This document shows positions 1 to 10,087 of a stretch of 64,000 nt of DNA, in pieces (position 1 is the first letter of the stretch; each line of letters starts with the position of its first letter). The stretch is taken from IMG/VR virus record IMGVR_UViG_3300017917_002280, positions 2,307 to 66,306 of that record; one strand, given 5' to 3'. Under the pieces are notes generated by a model. The model did no database searches and was not told where the DNA came from. It saw nothing but the letters and a program-made list of their open reading frames with translations. Both the position numbers and the translations under genes were made by a program. Source of the DNA: a virus.

Positions 1-1480
1 CCAATATTGCAAAATCATCATAATGCTTTTTGGCTACAGATAACACCTCTGCATTTATTCCAACCATTCTTAATTCACTCATAATGTCGTGAGAGTTCCA
101 TCTGTCAAATGTAACCTTTTTAATGTTAAACCCGCGACTCCTTAAGTCAAGGATAAATTGCTTTACTTCAGAGAAGTCTACAGATTTATCTGAAGTTGGT
201 GTCCACCATCTGACACAATCAACGATCACATACGGATTGACAACTGTGTGGTCCATAAAGCTTTTTACATTTACCCACTTATCAACATGGCTCATTGCAA
301 CAGCACAGTGGTCATGCTTTTGTGCAAGGTCAACATGGACATAGTATTCTTTTTCTTCTTGTGGGACAAACCAATTATAGAATCTGCCATCTTCTGTGAC
401 ACCATTGTACGGCTGATTGAAACATTCTTCAATTTTCTCTCTTGATTTAAAGAATGCATCTACTGCATCTGGTGGCATACAGGCAAAGCGAGATAGTGCA
501 TCTACTGTATTATTTAAGAAAGCAAGTTTAAAGTCATTGATATTTCTTGTTGGATTAATGTCCCAAGTGGGTCTTTTAAGTGCAAAAACTTTCGGGTATT
601 TATACGCAATAATTTCCTCTTCTTCCCAGTCAACTGTGAAGGTATTTCCCTCTATATCTTCGTCTATTTCTTCATCAAGCACGAATGTGTGAGATTTAAC
701 CGTTATATCTTTTTCTGCAACAACAGCATTATATCTTTGCTGAATAAAGTCTCCCTTGTATCTTGGGAATGAAAGAAGAATTACTTTTCCAAAATCTGGA
801 AAACGGGAATCTACAGATGCCCTATACATATCATAGATTGCTTGCGCTGTTTTTGACTGCTCACTGCCCGATGTTGATTCTGAATTAAATCCAGAAATCT
901 CATCAAGGATTACAACAATAACATTGTAACCCTCCCAAGATTCTCTTTCTGAGTGACCAGAGTGGCAGGTAATTGCTTTGTCAAAGGCTACGGCATTAGC
1001 TGTGACATTATATTTTCCAGCAAACCAAGGAGAATTTTCAATTCTATTTCTAAATCCTTTGAAGAAAACATTCTTTGCCTGCTCAGAGTTGATAGCAATA
1101 TTGATAATATCAATGGCGTCTCCGGGTGGCTTTCCAAAATATCCTGCTGGATCTTTCAGGCATAAAAGCAAATAAACTATATAGGAAACGGCAATGGTGG
1201 ACATATAATCCTTACCAGAACCTTTACCAAGTTGAAGTATAACTTCATTACAGGTTTGCTTCCATCTCTTGCTTCCCTCATCTTCGCCAAAAAGACTAAT
1301 AAGAGTGTTCTTTTTAAACACTTGGGTCATGGCGCGAATTGCCTGATATTGATATTCTGATAGGGGTGGCAATGATAAATAGTTTTTATCTGTTACAAAT
1401 TGCTCTAGTGTTACTGGCTTTTCCTCAAACTCATTGTCACCAAGAACATCTAATATATCTGAAAAATCAAAGCCCGACAT
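1..1480 (-). CDS. terL: Terminase large subunit (3' end runs off window)
   Basis: Not in the ORF track because it is truncated. Manual translation from ATG at 1480 gives MSGFDFSDILDVL...EVILQLGKGSGKDY (Walker A)...GHSERESWEGYNVIVVILDEISGF (Walker B). The start overlaps the upstream stop (TAATG). Confidence 0.9.
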   Translation of the reverse strand, partial: MSGFDFSDILDVLGDNEFEEKPVTLEQFVTDKNYLSLPPLSEYQYQAIRAMTQVFKKNTLISLFGEDEGSKRWKQTCNEVILQLGKGSGKDYMSTIAVSYIVYLLLCLKDPAGYFGKPPGDAIDIINIAINSEQAKNVFFKGFRNRIENSPWFAGKYNVTANAVAFDKAITCHSGHSERESWEGYNVIVVILDEISGFNSESTSGSEQSKTAQAIYDMYRASVDSRFPDFGKVILLSFPRYKGDFIQQRYNAVVAEKDITVKSHTFVLDEEIDEDIEGNTFTVDWEEEEIIAYKYPKVFALKRPTWDINPTRNINDFKLAFLNNTVDALSRFACMPPDAVDAFFKSREKIEECFNQPYNGVTEDGRFYNWFVPQEEKEYYVHVDLAQKHDHCAVAMSHVDKWVNVKSFMDHTVVNPYVIVDCVRWWTPTSDKSVDFSEVKQFILDLRSRGFNIKKVTFDRWNSHDIMSELRMVGINAEVLSVAKKHYDDFAIL

Positions 1481-1995
1481 TAGTAACCTTCTGATCTTCC
1501 AGTAACAGAACTTAGTCTTTCATAAACCTTTGGCTTGCATTTGTCACATTGAGTAACAACCTCTTTAAGAATTCCCACAAGAATTTCTTGCTTTTCTTCT
1601 GTTTCAATAATCTTTGCAGCCAGCTCGTTATTGTCAATAACGCCAGCCTTTTGAAGCATGTCAATTTGTTTTTGTTGAATATCCGAAATAAGTTTTAGTG
1701 CTGTGGTTTTTTGACTAAGGTTGCCTTGAACATCTGCTTCTCTGACTACAGACCATGCTTCATCAATCAACATTGAGTAATGCTGGTCTGCGCCAGTCAG
1801 TGCCTCTCTTGCGCGAGTTTGAATTTGCTTATCGCTGTGAATAACGGAACGCCATTCATTTAAATAATCAATGACCTGAGTTCTTTTCATTCCAGTTTCT
1901 TTTGCTATTTCGGTTGGATTTGTTTTCCCTTTTAGGAATAACGCAACAACCTTATTGATAGATTCCCATCTATCAGCAAGTTCAATCTCAGACAT
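1480..1995 (-). CDS. Probable terminase small subunit (N-terminal HTH, helical)
   Basis: HTH-like NPTEIAKETGMKRTQVIDYL. Directly upstream of and coupled to terL. Confidence 0.6.
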   Translation of the reverse strand: MSEIELADRWESINKVVALFLKGKTNPTEIAKETGMKRTQVIDYLNEWRSVIHSDKQIQTRAREALTGADQHYSMLIDEAWSVVREADVQGNLSQKTTALKLISDIQQKQIDMLQKAGVIDNNELAAKIIETEEKQEILVGILKEVVTQCDKCKPKVYERLSSVTGRSEGY

Positions 1996-2284
1996 TCTCT
2001 TTCTTCTTTCTGCTTACTTTTGCCACATGAAGACCTTTTATCTTATCCATATAGAAAGATCTAAACTCTCCAGTATTCTTGTCCATGCAGTCAATCCAAG
2101 TTACATCTTTGTCTTTGTTATGAACAAGTTTAATAAATCTAAAAACACCTCGTTCGTATTTAATCTTTAAAAGATCTCCGGGCTGAACCTTATGCTTTTT
2201 ATGCTCAAATTCGTAAGTGACATAAATATTATCGTTGTGAAAATACGGCTTAACTTTTGGCTTATGCTTTTTTCTTTTAATCAC
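1988..2284 (-). CDS. Hypothetical basic protein (SH3-like beta fold possible)
   Basis: 98-aa ORF overlapping its neighbours in the operon. Confidence 0.6.
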   Translation of the reverse strand: MIKRKKHKPKVKPYFHNDNIYVTYEFEHKKHKVQPGDLLKIKYERGVFRFIKLVHNKDKDVTWIDCMDKNTGEFRSFYMDKIKGLHVAKVSRKKKENV

Positions 2285-2445
2285 TTATATCCTCCTGCTG
2301 TTGGAGCCCATACAAGACCGGGGCGATCAAGACCTCTTTTTAGGTCTTTGCCACAATCACAAACTTGATTATCTCTCTCATCAATTTTGGTTATTCTTGT
2401 AAATGTCTTATCACATGAGCTGCATGTATATGTATATGTTGGCAT
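2281..2445 (-). CDS. FmdB-like zinc-ribbon protein (54 aa)
   Basis: Manual translation MPTYTYTCSSCDKTF...QVCDCGKDLKR. AGGAG RBS and TGATATAAT promoter lie upstream. Confidence 0.75.
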   Translation of the reverse strand: MPTYTYTCSSCDKTFTRITKIDERDNQVCDCGKDLKRGLDRPGLVWAPTAGGYK

Positions 2446-2463
2446 AGTACTCCTATTATATCA

Positions 2464-2850
2464 TTAACGGTTGGGTTTGGCAATCTTTTTATTTGTTTGG
2501 ATTGCTACCTTTGGCTTTGCCTGCATCTTGTCTGCATTTCTCTTTGTATATACCTTGAATAAAATAAGATACCCAAGCAAATCATCTATATCATTGTCTC
2601 CCGGATATGATTGATTATTTGCAATACGATTTAACTTATCATCAATTCGTGATGCAAGACTTTCTGCATGACTGGACTTTGAAAATATTGGTCTAGGATT
2701 CAAAGCCGAGTCTCCATATGATATATTTTTCTCAATTAAAAGTCTTGTAATCTGCATTCCAACTTCAAAAATATCTCTGCCAGATGGAGCTTTTTCAATT
2801 AGTTCCATAAGGTCGTCCGAGAATAAACTATTCCAATCTTTTTCTATCAT
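2464..2850 (-). CDS. Nucleotide-modification-associated domain 1 (DUF1599-like) protein
   Basis: KNISYGDS...RIDDKLNRI...DDLLGYLIL pattern of the all-alpha Nmad1/DUF1599 family. Confidence 0.6.
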   Translation of the reverse strand: MIEKDWNSLFSDDLMELIEKAPSGRDIFEVGMQITRLLIEKNISYGDSALNPRPIFSKSSHAESLASRIDDKLNRIANNQSYPGDNDIDDLLGYLILFKVYTKRNADKMQAKPKVAIQTNKKIAKPNR

Positions 2851-3005
2851 TTCCAACTCCTTTGATTTCTTATAAGACCATATTCTACCAGATAACGATA
2901 AATTGTTTGGTGGCTAGTGCTGCATTCCTTTGCAATTTCTTCAATTGTTTTCTTATCTATCTGATATCTTTTTGTTAACCACGCCTTGTTTTTATAAAGC
3001 TTCAT
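2847..3005 (-). CDS. Small HTH DNA-binding protein (52 aa)
   Basis: Manual translation MKLYKNKAWLTKRYQIDKKTIEEIAKECSTSHQTIYRYLVEYGL. ATGA-type overlap with the next gene. Confidence 0.7.
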   Translation of the reverse strand: MKLYKNKAWLTKRYQIDKKTIEEIAKECSTSHQTIYRYLVEYGLIRNQRSWK

Positions 3006-3573
3006 GATTTATCATCTCATTGTACGCATAGTATGCGATACCGATTGCATCGCCAACATCATTGTCTGTGATTTCCATATTAAATTTCTTATTAAAGTAA
3101 TCAAGTGTTCTCTGCTTTCTTATTTCTCTTATTTGGCTTTTATACCATGAATCTTTTCTTCCGGGATTTGCTTGTGCAAAGTTTAATTTTTCCTGCTTGG
3201 TAAAATTTTTATTTCCTATATATGATTGCCAAGTTGTAGGAGAAATATCAATTACCTTATTTCCATTTTTTAATATTGCTGCCACGACAGATCCAAAAAC
3301 CATTGACATCTTTATGCTGGCATCATGGGATTTTACCATAATTGGCGATTCTATGCAAACCAAATCAACTTTGTCAATTGAATCCATAAGGCTGTTAATT
3401 TTATTATTTGCATCAATGATTCTGTCGATCACATTGTCACCTTTAAATATAACCTTTCCCCACATTTTAGGCTTGCCGTCAAACAGGCAAAAGGCGAAAG
3501 AATTTGTAGATGAATCTATTCCAATAACAGAGTTTCCACGAATTTTACCTAGCTTGTTTAGCGACATAATCAA
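2992..3573 (-). CDS. RuvC-like Holliday junction resolvase
   Basis: VIGIDSST, CIESP and DNDVGDAIGIA acidic motifs of the RNase H-like RuvC fold. Confidence 0.75.
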   Translation of the reverse strand: MIMSLNKLGKIRGNSVIGIDSSTNSFAFCLFDGKPKMWGKVIFKGDNVIDRIIDANNKINSLMDSIDKVDLVCIESPIMVKSHDASIKMSMVFGSVVAAILKNGNKVIDISPTTWQSYIGNKNFTKQEKLNFAQANPGRKDSWYKSQIREIRKQRTLDYFNKKFNMEITDNDVGDAIGIAYYAYNEMINHEAL

Positions 3574-3832
3574 ATGCTTCCTTCAATAACTTTTTATTAT
3601 TTTTCTTATTAAAATCTTCACACCTGTAGCAAATTGAATCCGCATTATACATACTTAGTTTTAAATTACATTGCTTGCAAAATCTTACTTTGCCTTTAAG
3701 TCTTTCTTTGTTTTCATAATACTTTTCCATAATCTTTTTATTTGTTGCTTTTCTGCAACAATCTGGATTACAGTACTTTTGATTTTTACTTTTAGGATAA
3801 AATTCTTCATTGCAAAATGCACAACTTTTCAT
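3545..3832 (-). CDS. Cys-rich zinc-binding protein
   Basis: CAFC, QKYCNPDC, CKQC and CYRC motifs. Confidence 0.6.
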   Translation of the reverse strand: MKSCAFCNEEFYPKSKNQKYCNPDCCRKATNKKIMEKYYENKERLKGKVRFCKQCNLKLSMYNADSICYRCEDFNKKNNKKLLKEAFDYVAKQAR

Positions 3833-4605
3833 ATCTTTTTCACTTTCAGTGGCTCTATTTTTGTTCTTCCATCAGATTTTTCCCAGCAAGCATCCATAAC
3901 TGGACAGTATTTACATGGCACATTTGATTTTGTAAAAGGCCTTTTAATGTTTTTGCCTTCTTTCCAAGCAGCATGAACCTCTCGCATCCAGTCAAATATA
4001 TAATCTATATATTCTTTATTTTCATCATTCATTATTACTGGTATGGCAACCAAGTCATGGGTATTCTTGCTTTCATATAAAACAACACCCTCTTGTGCAT
4101 TTAAGGCTTTCATGTAGATAAGAATTTGTACAAGATGGCTATCCGATGGAGTATTATTATTTTTTCTAACAATAAATTGCTCGTCTTTGATTGTTTTAAT
4201 TTCTCCAATTATTTCTTCTCCGTCAATCTCTAGAATAAGATCAACGAATCCACGAATTGGGGGATCTGATAACTTTATTTCTCTTTCATCTTCTTTAAAT
4301 ATTTCTGTATTTTTCAATACGCTTTGAATTCTTTCATGTGCAGCAGTACCATTACTCATTGCAGCAATACCTTGTGCTGTAAATGTTTCGGTAAATTCAA
4401 CCCCACTAAATGCCAAGCTCCAATATCGTGGACATGTCCCATGACCATAGCCTACTGTTGAGGGGGAAAATGTGAACTTTTGACGATGCTCCGCTGTATT
4501 TTTATTATATAAATACGCTTTACTTATAATTCTCACAAACTTTTTGGGATCAAGTTTTGTATTTTTCGGTTTACTCGTAAGAGTTTTAATTAAATTTTTA
4601 GCCAT
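3829..4605 (-). CDS. Cas4-like PD-(D/E)XK exonuclease
   Basis: CPRYW, GTAAHERIQ, GFVDL..GEIKT, QILIY and C-terminal CKYCPVMDAC (Fe-S cysteines). Confidence 0.8.
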   Translation of the reverse strand: MAKNLIKTLTSKPKNTKLDPKKFVRIISKAYLYNKNTAEHRQKFTFSPSTVGYGHGTCPRYWSLAFSGVEFTETFTAQGIAAMSNGTAAHERIQSVLKNTEIFKEDEREIKLSDPPIRGFVDLILEIDGEEIIGEIKTIKDEQFIVRKNNNTPSDSHLVQILIYMKALNAQEGVVLYESKNTHDLVAIPVIMNDENKEYIDYIFDWMREVHAAWKEGKNIKRPFTKSNVPCKYCPVMDACWEKSDGRTKIEPLKVKKI

Positions 4606-4607
4606 TA

Positions 4608-4940
4608 TTATCCTAAGTTGTATCTTGCTATATATTTCAAAGAATCTACTAATTTATCTAAAGAATCTTTCATTGTATAGTATACATTCTTTTTAACATA
4701 ATTTACTGAACCGCTAGGACCTTTGGCAACAGTTGAGTACCAAGTTGCTAAAATACCAAACTTTGCAGACATAGCTTGAAGTTTGTTTATCAAAGATAGT
4801 GCTTGTGCAGGTGGAACATCTGGCTTGGTCATTATCTTTACAATAATACCTAGAGCTTCTCCTAACTCTTCATCTTGAATAAATTCATACATCTCCTGAA
4901 ATTCTGATACCTGATTTATAACATCAATTGTCGTCTCCAT
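4608..4940 (-). CDS. Hypothetical protein
   Basis: 110-aa ORF within the operon. Confidence 0.65.
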   Translation of the reverse strand: METTIDVINQVSEFQEMYEFIQDEELGEALGIIVKIMTKPDVPPAQALSLINKLQAMSAKFGILATWYSTVAKGPSGSVNYVKKNVYYTMKDSLDKLVDSLKYIARYNLG

Positions 4941-5229
4941 ATGCCAACCTTTCTAGTTCCTCTAATACCGACCATTCAATAACTGCTAATCTTATTTTTT
5001 GATCGGAACCCAACACAACTTTGAGTGCCGGGAATTTTTCTCTATCTGTTTTTAAAGTATCTGTAACAATTTTTGCCCATACATCTTTTGTCAAAGAGAA
5101 TGACTTTTCATATTCTTTTATATCAACCACAAAGTTTTTCCAAGATGCATCTGCTTTTTGATATTTTCCGCGACCAGAATTCTTATGCCCCTTGGCATTC
5201 ATTCTTTTTATTTCTGATCTTTCACTCAT
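4924..5229 (-). CDS. Small PD-(D/E)XK nuclease / Hjc-type resolvase
   Basis: NSGRG...KADA...VVDIKE motif. Confidence 0.6.
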   Translation of the reverse strand: MSERSEIKRMNAKGHKNSGRGKYQKADASWKNFVVDIKEYEKSFSLTKDVWAKIVTDTLKTDREKFPALKVVLGSDQKIRLAVIEWSVLEELERLAYGDDN

Positions 5230-5426
5230 TGTAAGAATGCTCTAATCTTGTTTTCGTGACCATCCAAACATTTCCAGATAATTAAATTATTAATATCATC
5301 TTTATAGACCATATCTGAATATTTTAAGCATCCGTCAACTTGACATTGGTAAGAAGATTCAATTTTTTTAAATGATGAGAAATCTTCTTTCTTTTTTTTA
5401 TTAATAAACTCTGAAGGATCTATCAT
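5226..5426 (-). CDS. Small zinc-binding hypothetical protein
   Basis: CQVDGC...WKCLDGH. ATGA overlaps with neighbours. Confidence 0.6.
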   Translation of the reverse strand: MIDPSEFINKKKKEDFSSFKKIESSYQCQVDGCLKYSDMVYKDDINNLIIWKCLDGHENKIRAFLQ

Positions 5427-6430
5427 ATCTTTTCATACACCATCTTTCTGATTTCAGATACCTTGTCTGGATTATCTCGCATCATATCTACTACTTTAGA
5501 TCTTCCCTGATATCTTTCTCCAAGAACAGTATACCATGAGCCACCGCGTTCAATAACGCCCATCATTTCTGCAGTATCTACAAGGTCTGCAATTTCATCT
5601 ACACCTACGCTGTCACCTTGAAAGTAAAAGTCATAACTTCCTCCAATAAACTGTGGTCCAGTTTTATTGTAATCAACTGTCCAATTGACTGGCCTTCCAA
5701 CCTTTTGTTCAATGAGTCTATCCCCAACCTGAACCTTATCTTTAATAGAATTTGCTTCTGCCTCGCTTGACCACAACTTCACAATGGTTGAGGAAAAGAA
5801 CTTAACTGCCATTCCACCCGTTGGAATATGAGACGCATGCATTGAACCAAATTGATTTCTCTGCTGTGAAATAAGAACAAGAAGAGTATTTTTATTTGCA
5901 TAATTCATCATTTTTACAGCATGCGTCATGTCTTTTGCTTCAGCACCAATTTGCTTGGTATCTTGAAGCTGCTTCAGTTCTTCTCCATCTTTTTCAAAAT
6001 AGATCGCCGGAAGTAGCGCTGAGATTGAATCAACCACAATCATGTCTACGCCTGCCTGCATCAGCTGGGTTGCAACATCAACCATATCGTTGATTGTTTT
6101 TGCTGGAGAATAGATTAGTTTATCTGAATCCACTCCCAATGCCTCTGCCCATTCAGCAGAATAAGACTGCTCAGAATCAATCCAAGCACAAGTCTTACCT
6201 TCTTTTTGTGCCATTCCGATCATTTGTAAACAAAATGAAGACTTTCCAGCAGACTTATTTCCCCAAATAAGTACTTGTCTTCCATATGCAAAACCACCCT
6301 TTAGGCCAACATTAAGGCTAAGGCTTGGCGTAGCTTGTTTTTCAATTTTTACATCCGATGCATTTAAAACCTTATTCCTAATTTTTGGATCAAGCTTCGC
6401 TAGGATTGAATCAACATCAATGTCTTTCAT
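5423..6430 (-). CDS. recA: RecA/UvsX-like recombinase
   Basis: GNKSAGKSS P-loop, WIDSE, IVVDSISAL, PTGGMAVKFFSS and GGSWY motifs. Confidence 0.92.
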   Translation of the reverse strand: MKDIDVDSILAKLDPKIRNKVLNASDVKIEKQATPSLSLNVGLKGGFAYGRQVLIWGNKSAGKSSFCLQMIGMAQKEGKTCAWIDSEQSYSAEWAEALGVDSDKLIYSPAKTINDMVDVATQLMQAGVDMIVVDSISALLPAIYFEKDGEELKQLQDTKQIGAEAKDMTHAVKMMNYANKNTLLVLISQQRNQFGSMHASHIPTGGMAVKFFSSTIVKLWSSEAEANSIKDKVQVGDRLIEQKVGRPVNWTVDYNKTGPQFIGGSYDFYFQGDSVGVDEIADLVDTAEMMGVIERGGSWYTVLGERYQGRSKVVDMMRDNPDKVSEIRKMVYEKI

Positions 6431-6768
6431 CCTGCTACCCCATGCATCTTTGGTCTAGTAATATTATATGCTGCTTTCTTGGCAACTGCCTCATTAAGAG
6501 AGCTTCCTGCATCAATAACTTTATGCTCCACCAAACCTTCATATAGGTCTAATGTCCTAATAATAATATCTGCAATTTCCTCTATGATCTGCTCTTGCCC
6601 CTTATCTTTTCTAAGAGCTTCTAATACCTCTGTTGCTTCAGAGTGGATCATTGCCAGCTGCTTGGCATAGAAAACAAAATGGTCCATGCCCTTCTTTTTC
6701 ATTGGGTCCCAGAAACCCTTTTCTTTTGCAGTTCTATGTATTGTCTTTGCCATTTCGTCTAAATTCAT
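6427..6768 (-). CDS. MazG-like NTP pyrophosphohydrolase
   Basis: LAMIHSEATEVLEALRK...EEIADIIIRTLD. Confidence 0.8.
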   Translation of the reverse strand: MNLDEMAKTIHRTAKEKGFWDPMKKKGMDHFVFYAKQLAMIHSEATEVLEALRKDKGQEQIIEEIADIIIRTLDLYEGLVEHKVIDAGSSLNEAVAKKAAYNITRPKMHGVAG

Positions 6769-9700
6769 TTTATAAATCCTTTCAATGCTAATGAACCTGT
6801 TTTAGTGTTTTCAAGTATTGGCTTGCAAGTTCCGCCAATCTTCATATTTACCAATGCATCTGAATACATTGATGGGAAGACGACAACAGATGTTAATTGC
6901 TTATCTTCAGATGCCAGCACAATACTAGCCATTTTATCGCCCTTTTTGGTTTTTCTTGCAGAGAAGTCTACAACATAGAATTCATCTGCAGCAAGGATAA
7001 GAGTTTTCGCTTGAAGATATTTAACAAACGGATTGCTAATGTCTTTAATGTCTTCAACTGCCACATAATTAACGATTCTATTATCTGCAGCGAGGAAAAC
7101 ATATACTCTTCCTGCTTCAATTTCTGTTTCTTGGTCATGGAATATTCCTGCACCTCCTGTTTTGTCAACCACCTCTATTCTACTCCACCCATCGCCTCTT
7201 TTAATTGATTTTACCATAGCCATGAAGATGAAGCAACCAACCTCTTCGTAGTTTTCAAGGTCGTCAAAATATGCCTTTAACCAATTTGGAACATCATTTA
7301 CAAACTCTGGAATATTAAGATATTCATAAAAGTTTTCTCTTTCATTTCCATCTCTTGGATTATCATCAAATGCTGCAGCCCCGATTTTATTTAATGCATC
7401 AATAGCACGACTGTTAATGCCGGACCCCTTAGCAGTTGATACCTCAATCAAATTTTTATATGATTGATATGGTCTGTTTTCAATTAGCTTATTGGCAATA
7501 TTTTCAGAAATATACTTAATGTTTCCAAGACCAAATCTGATTGCATTACCCTCAAGGCTGAAGTCAATTTCCGACTCGTTAACATGTGGAAGTCTAACAT
7601 TAATGTTCATTCTCTTTGCTTCAATCAGATAGTCAGTTCTGGTATCTTTATCCTGCTCGTTTTTAAGCAGAGCAAACATAAATTCTTGTGGATAATATTT
7701 CTTTAGCCATGCAGTCCAATATGAAATCATTGAGTATGCAACTGCGTGAGACTTATTGAATGAGTATCCTGCGTGTGCTTCAAAGTCGTGCCACAATTTT
7801 TCTGCGCTTGACTGATTAATATATTGGCTAGCGCCAGATACGAACTTATCTTTAAATGCATCAAACTCTCTTGCATCTTTCTTCTTACCAATAATCTTAC
7901 GCACTTTATCTGCTTCTGCATATGACATTCCACCAAGATGTACACAAGCCTGCATAACCTGCTCCTGATAAAGAATGCAGCCATATGTGTCTTTTGTATA
8001 TTCCTTCATATTTGGATGCACATATGTAATAGACGCACGACCCTTTTTGCGCTTAATGTATTCAGCACCGATTGTATTCATTGCTCCCGGACGGACAAGG
8101 GCGTTAGATGCAACTAGTTCGTCAAAGTTTTCCACACCCATCTTAATTAAAAGATTTGTATATGGCGCTGCTTCTGCTTGGAACACACCCTTTGTGAATC
8201 CTGCGGAAAGATCTGCATAGATTTCTCTATCGTCAAGTGGGATTGAATTGAGGTCAATTGTCTTCTTGTGACGCTTCTCAATGCTTGTTAGCGTGTCTTT
8301 AATAACCGTCAGTGTTTTAAGACCAAGAGCATCAATCTTAATTAGACCAATTTCTGCTGCCTCTTCCATATCAACGGCAACCACAGGGATTCTTACATCG
8401 CTTTGCGTATCCTTGCGAGTCTCAATAGGAGCAAACTTTTCAATTTTGTCCTTTGCCGTCACAATTCCAGCAGCATGCATTCCAGTTCCACGAATACGAC
8501 CACGCAAACGCTCAGAGTAGAAAACAATTTCTGGATACTTTTGCCTAAACTCAGCAGTGGCTTTTGAAGAAATAAACTCATCCCAAGTCTCAATATTTTT
8601 CAGTGCTTTGTTTACTTCAGCGAGTGGGATATTGAATGCTCGTGAAACATCTCGCACAACACCTTTATCCTTAAATGTAAGGAAGGTTGCGATAGATGCA
8701 ACATTCTTATATTGTCTGACAAGATAATCTTTGACCTCAGACCTTCGTCTATCTTCATAGTCTGTATCAATGTCAGGGAAGTCGTTTCTTTCGGGGTTAA
8801 TGAAGCGGAAAAACAACAGACCATATTTTATAGGGTCTACTTCTGTAATCTCCAGAGAATAGCATACAAGGCTTCCTGCAGCACTTCCACGCCCCGGTCC
8901 AACAAGAATATCGTTCTTTTTAGACCAGCGAATCATATTGGAGACGACAATGAAATATGAAGAGAAGTTTTTATCTTTGATAATATCAAGTTCTTCAAAT
9001 AGCCTTGTTCTATATTCTTCATTGTCATAAAGTCCACGCCTTTTGAGTCCGGCAATAGCCATTTCTTCAAGTTGGTGGTTTGGATCTTTATGCTCAACTG
9101 GAAGCAGGTCAAGATTTTCTGGTATTGAATAGCTTTCAATCTTATCGCTAATCTCAACACTGTTTGTGTACAAATCTTCTCTGTCAATACCCTGCTCAAG
9201 CATTCTCTGACGAACATCTTTGTATCCCATCAGATAAATATCTAAGTCCTTGAATGACATTTGCCTATCGCCATAAAGATAGTCAAGTCTCTCAATGATG
9301 TCTTTAATCTTACGACTACTTTCAAACTTTGCATCTTTATCAATCTTTGGATGAGTTCCAAGAATGAGCATCAACTCTTCTGCAACCCTATCCTGTGGCG
9401 ATGCATAATGGCAATCAAGCGTTACAGTAGACTTGATGCCCATAGAGTCTGCAAGAGAAAGCAGGCTGTGGTTTAGCTTTGCCGGATTATGTGGCTGTAA
9501 TTCCATATAGAAATCATCGCCAAACATATCCTTGAACCAGCCAGCATAGTTCTTTGCAGCAGTCATATTTTCATTTTCAATTGCCTTAGCAATAATACTA
9601 TTCATGCAACCAGAAAGAACCACAAGCCCACTTGAATATTTTTCAAGTATTTCAAAATCCATTCTTGGTTTAAGGAAGAATCCGTCTTTCCATGCATTTT

Positions 9701-10025
9701 CAGATAGCGCACCAAGATTTTCTAGGCCTGTTTGATTTTTGGCAAGAATAATTAAGTGATTATAAACTTGGTCGTCAGGCTCTCTATCTTTTCTTGCTCT
9801 CTTATCGAATCTATCTGGAGTGAAGTAAGCTTCAACGCCAAGAATTGGCTTAACTCCAGTTTCTGATGCTGCTTTAATCATGCTTCTGTGACCACTAAGA
9901 GTCCCATGATCTGTAATTGATAGCGCACTCATTCCAACCTCAGAGGCTCGCTTCATCAACTCTAATGGTGATGAATAGCCGTCAAGCAGGCTGTAATACG
10001 AATGGCAATGATGATTGTGATACAT
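6765..10025 (-). CDS. dnaE: DNA polymerase III alpha subunit
   Basis: PHP domain HHCHSYYSLLDG/TDHG, GPGRGSAAGSLV, FPDIDTD, HAAG, IKIDALGL, YSFNKSHAVAY. No intein seen. Confidence 0.96.
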   Translation of the reverse strand: MYHNHHCHSYYSLLDGYSSPLELMKRASEVGMSALSITDHGTLSGHRSMIKAASETGVKPILGVEAYFTPDRFDKRARKDREPDDQVYNHLIILAKNQTGLENLGALSENAWKDGFFLKPRMDFEILEKYSSGLVVLSGCMNSIIAKAIENENMTAAKNYAGWFKDMFGDDFYMELQPHNPAKLNHSLLSLADSMGIKSTVTLDCHYASPQDRVAEELMLILGTHPKIDKDAKFESSRKIKDIIERLDYLYGDRQMSFKDLDIYLMGYKDVRQRMLEQGIDREDLYTNSVEISDKIESYSIPENLDLLPVEHKDPNHQLEEMAIAGLKRRGLYDNEEYRTRLFEELDIIKDKNFSSYFIVVSNMIRWSKKNDILVGPGRGSAAGSLVCYSLEITEVDPIKYGLLFFRFINPERNDFPDIDTDYEDRRRSEVKDYLVRQYKNVASIATFLTFKDKGVVRDVSRAFNIPLAEVNKALKNIETWDEFISSKATAEFRQKYPEIVFYSERLRGRIRGTGMHAAGIVTAKDKIEKFAPIETRKDTQSDVRIPVVAVDMEEAAEIGLIKIDALGLKTLTVIKDTLTSIEKRHKKTIDLNSIPLDDREIYADLSAGFTKGVFQAEAAPYTNLLIKMGVENFDELVASNALVRPGAMNTIGAEYIKRKKGRASITYVHPNMKEYTKDTYGCILYQEQVMQACVHLGGMSYAEADKVRKIIGKKKDAREFDAFKDKFVSGASQYINQSSAEKLWHDFEAHAGYSFNKSHAVAYSMISYWTAWLKKYYPQEFMFALLKNEQDKDTRTDYLIEAKRMNINVRLPHVNESEIDFSLEGNAIRFGLGNIKYISENIANKLIENRPYQSYKNLIEVSTAKGSGINSRAIDALNKIGAAAFDDNPRDGNERENFYEYLNIPEFVNDVPNWLKAYFDDLENYEEVGCFIFMAMVKSIKRGDGWSRIEVVDKTGGAGIFHDQETEIEAGRVYVFLAADNRIVNYVAVEDIKDISNPFVKYLQAKTLILAADEFYVVDFSARKTKKGDKMASIVLASEDKQLTSVVVFPSMYSDALVNMKIGGTCKPILENTKTGSLALKGFIK

Positions 10026-10056
10026 TTATCTCCTAATAAAGTAGAGGCGGTGGGTA

Positions 10057-10086
10057 ATTATACACCACCGCCCCCAGCTTTGTCAA
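10057..10086 (-). promoter_or_regulatory. Sigma70/SigA-type promoter for dnaE (TTGACA-N18-TATAAT)
   Basis: Minus strand TTGACA at 10086-10081 and TATAAT at 10062-10057. The -10 lies in the loop of a GGCGGTGG/CCACCGCC inverted repeat. Confidence 0.75.
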
Positions 10087-10087
10087 A

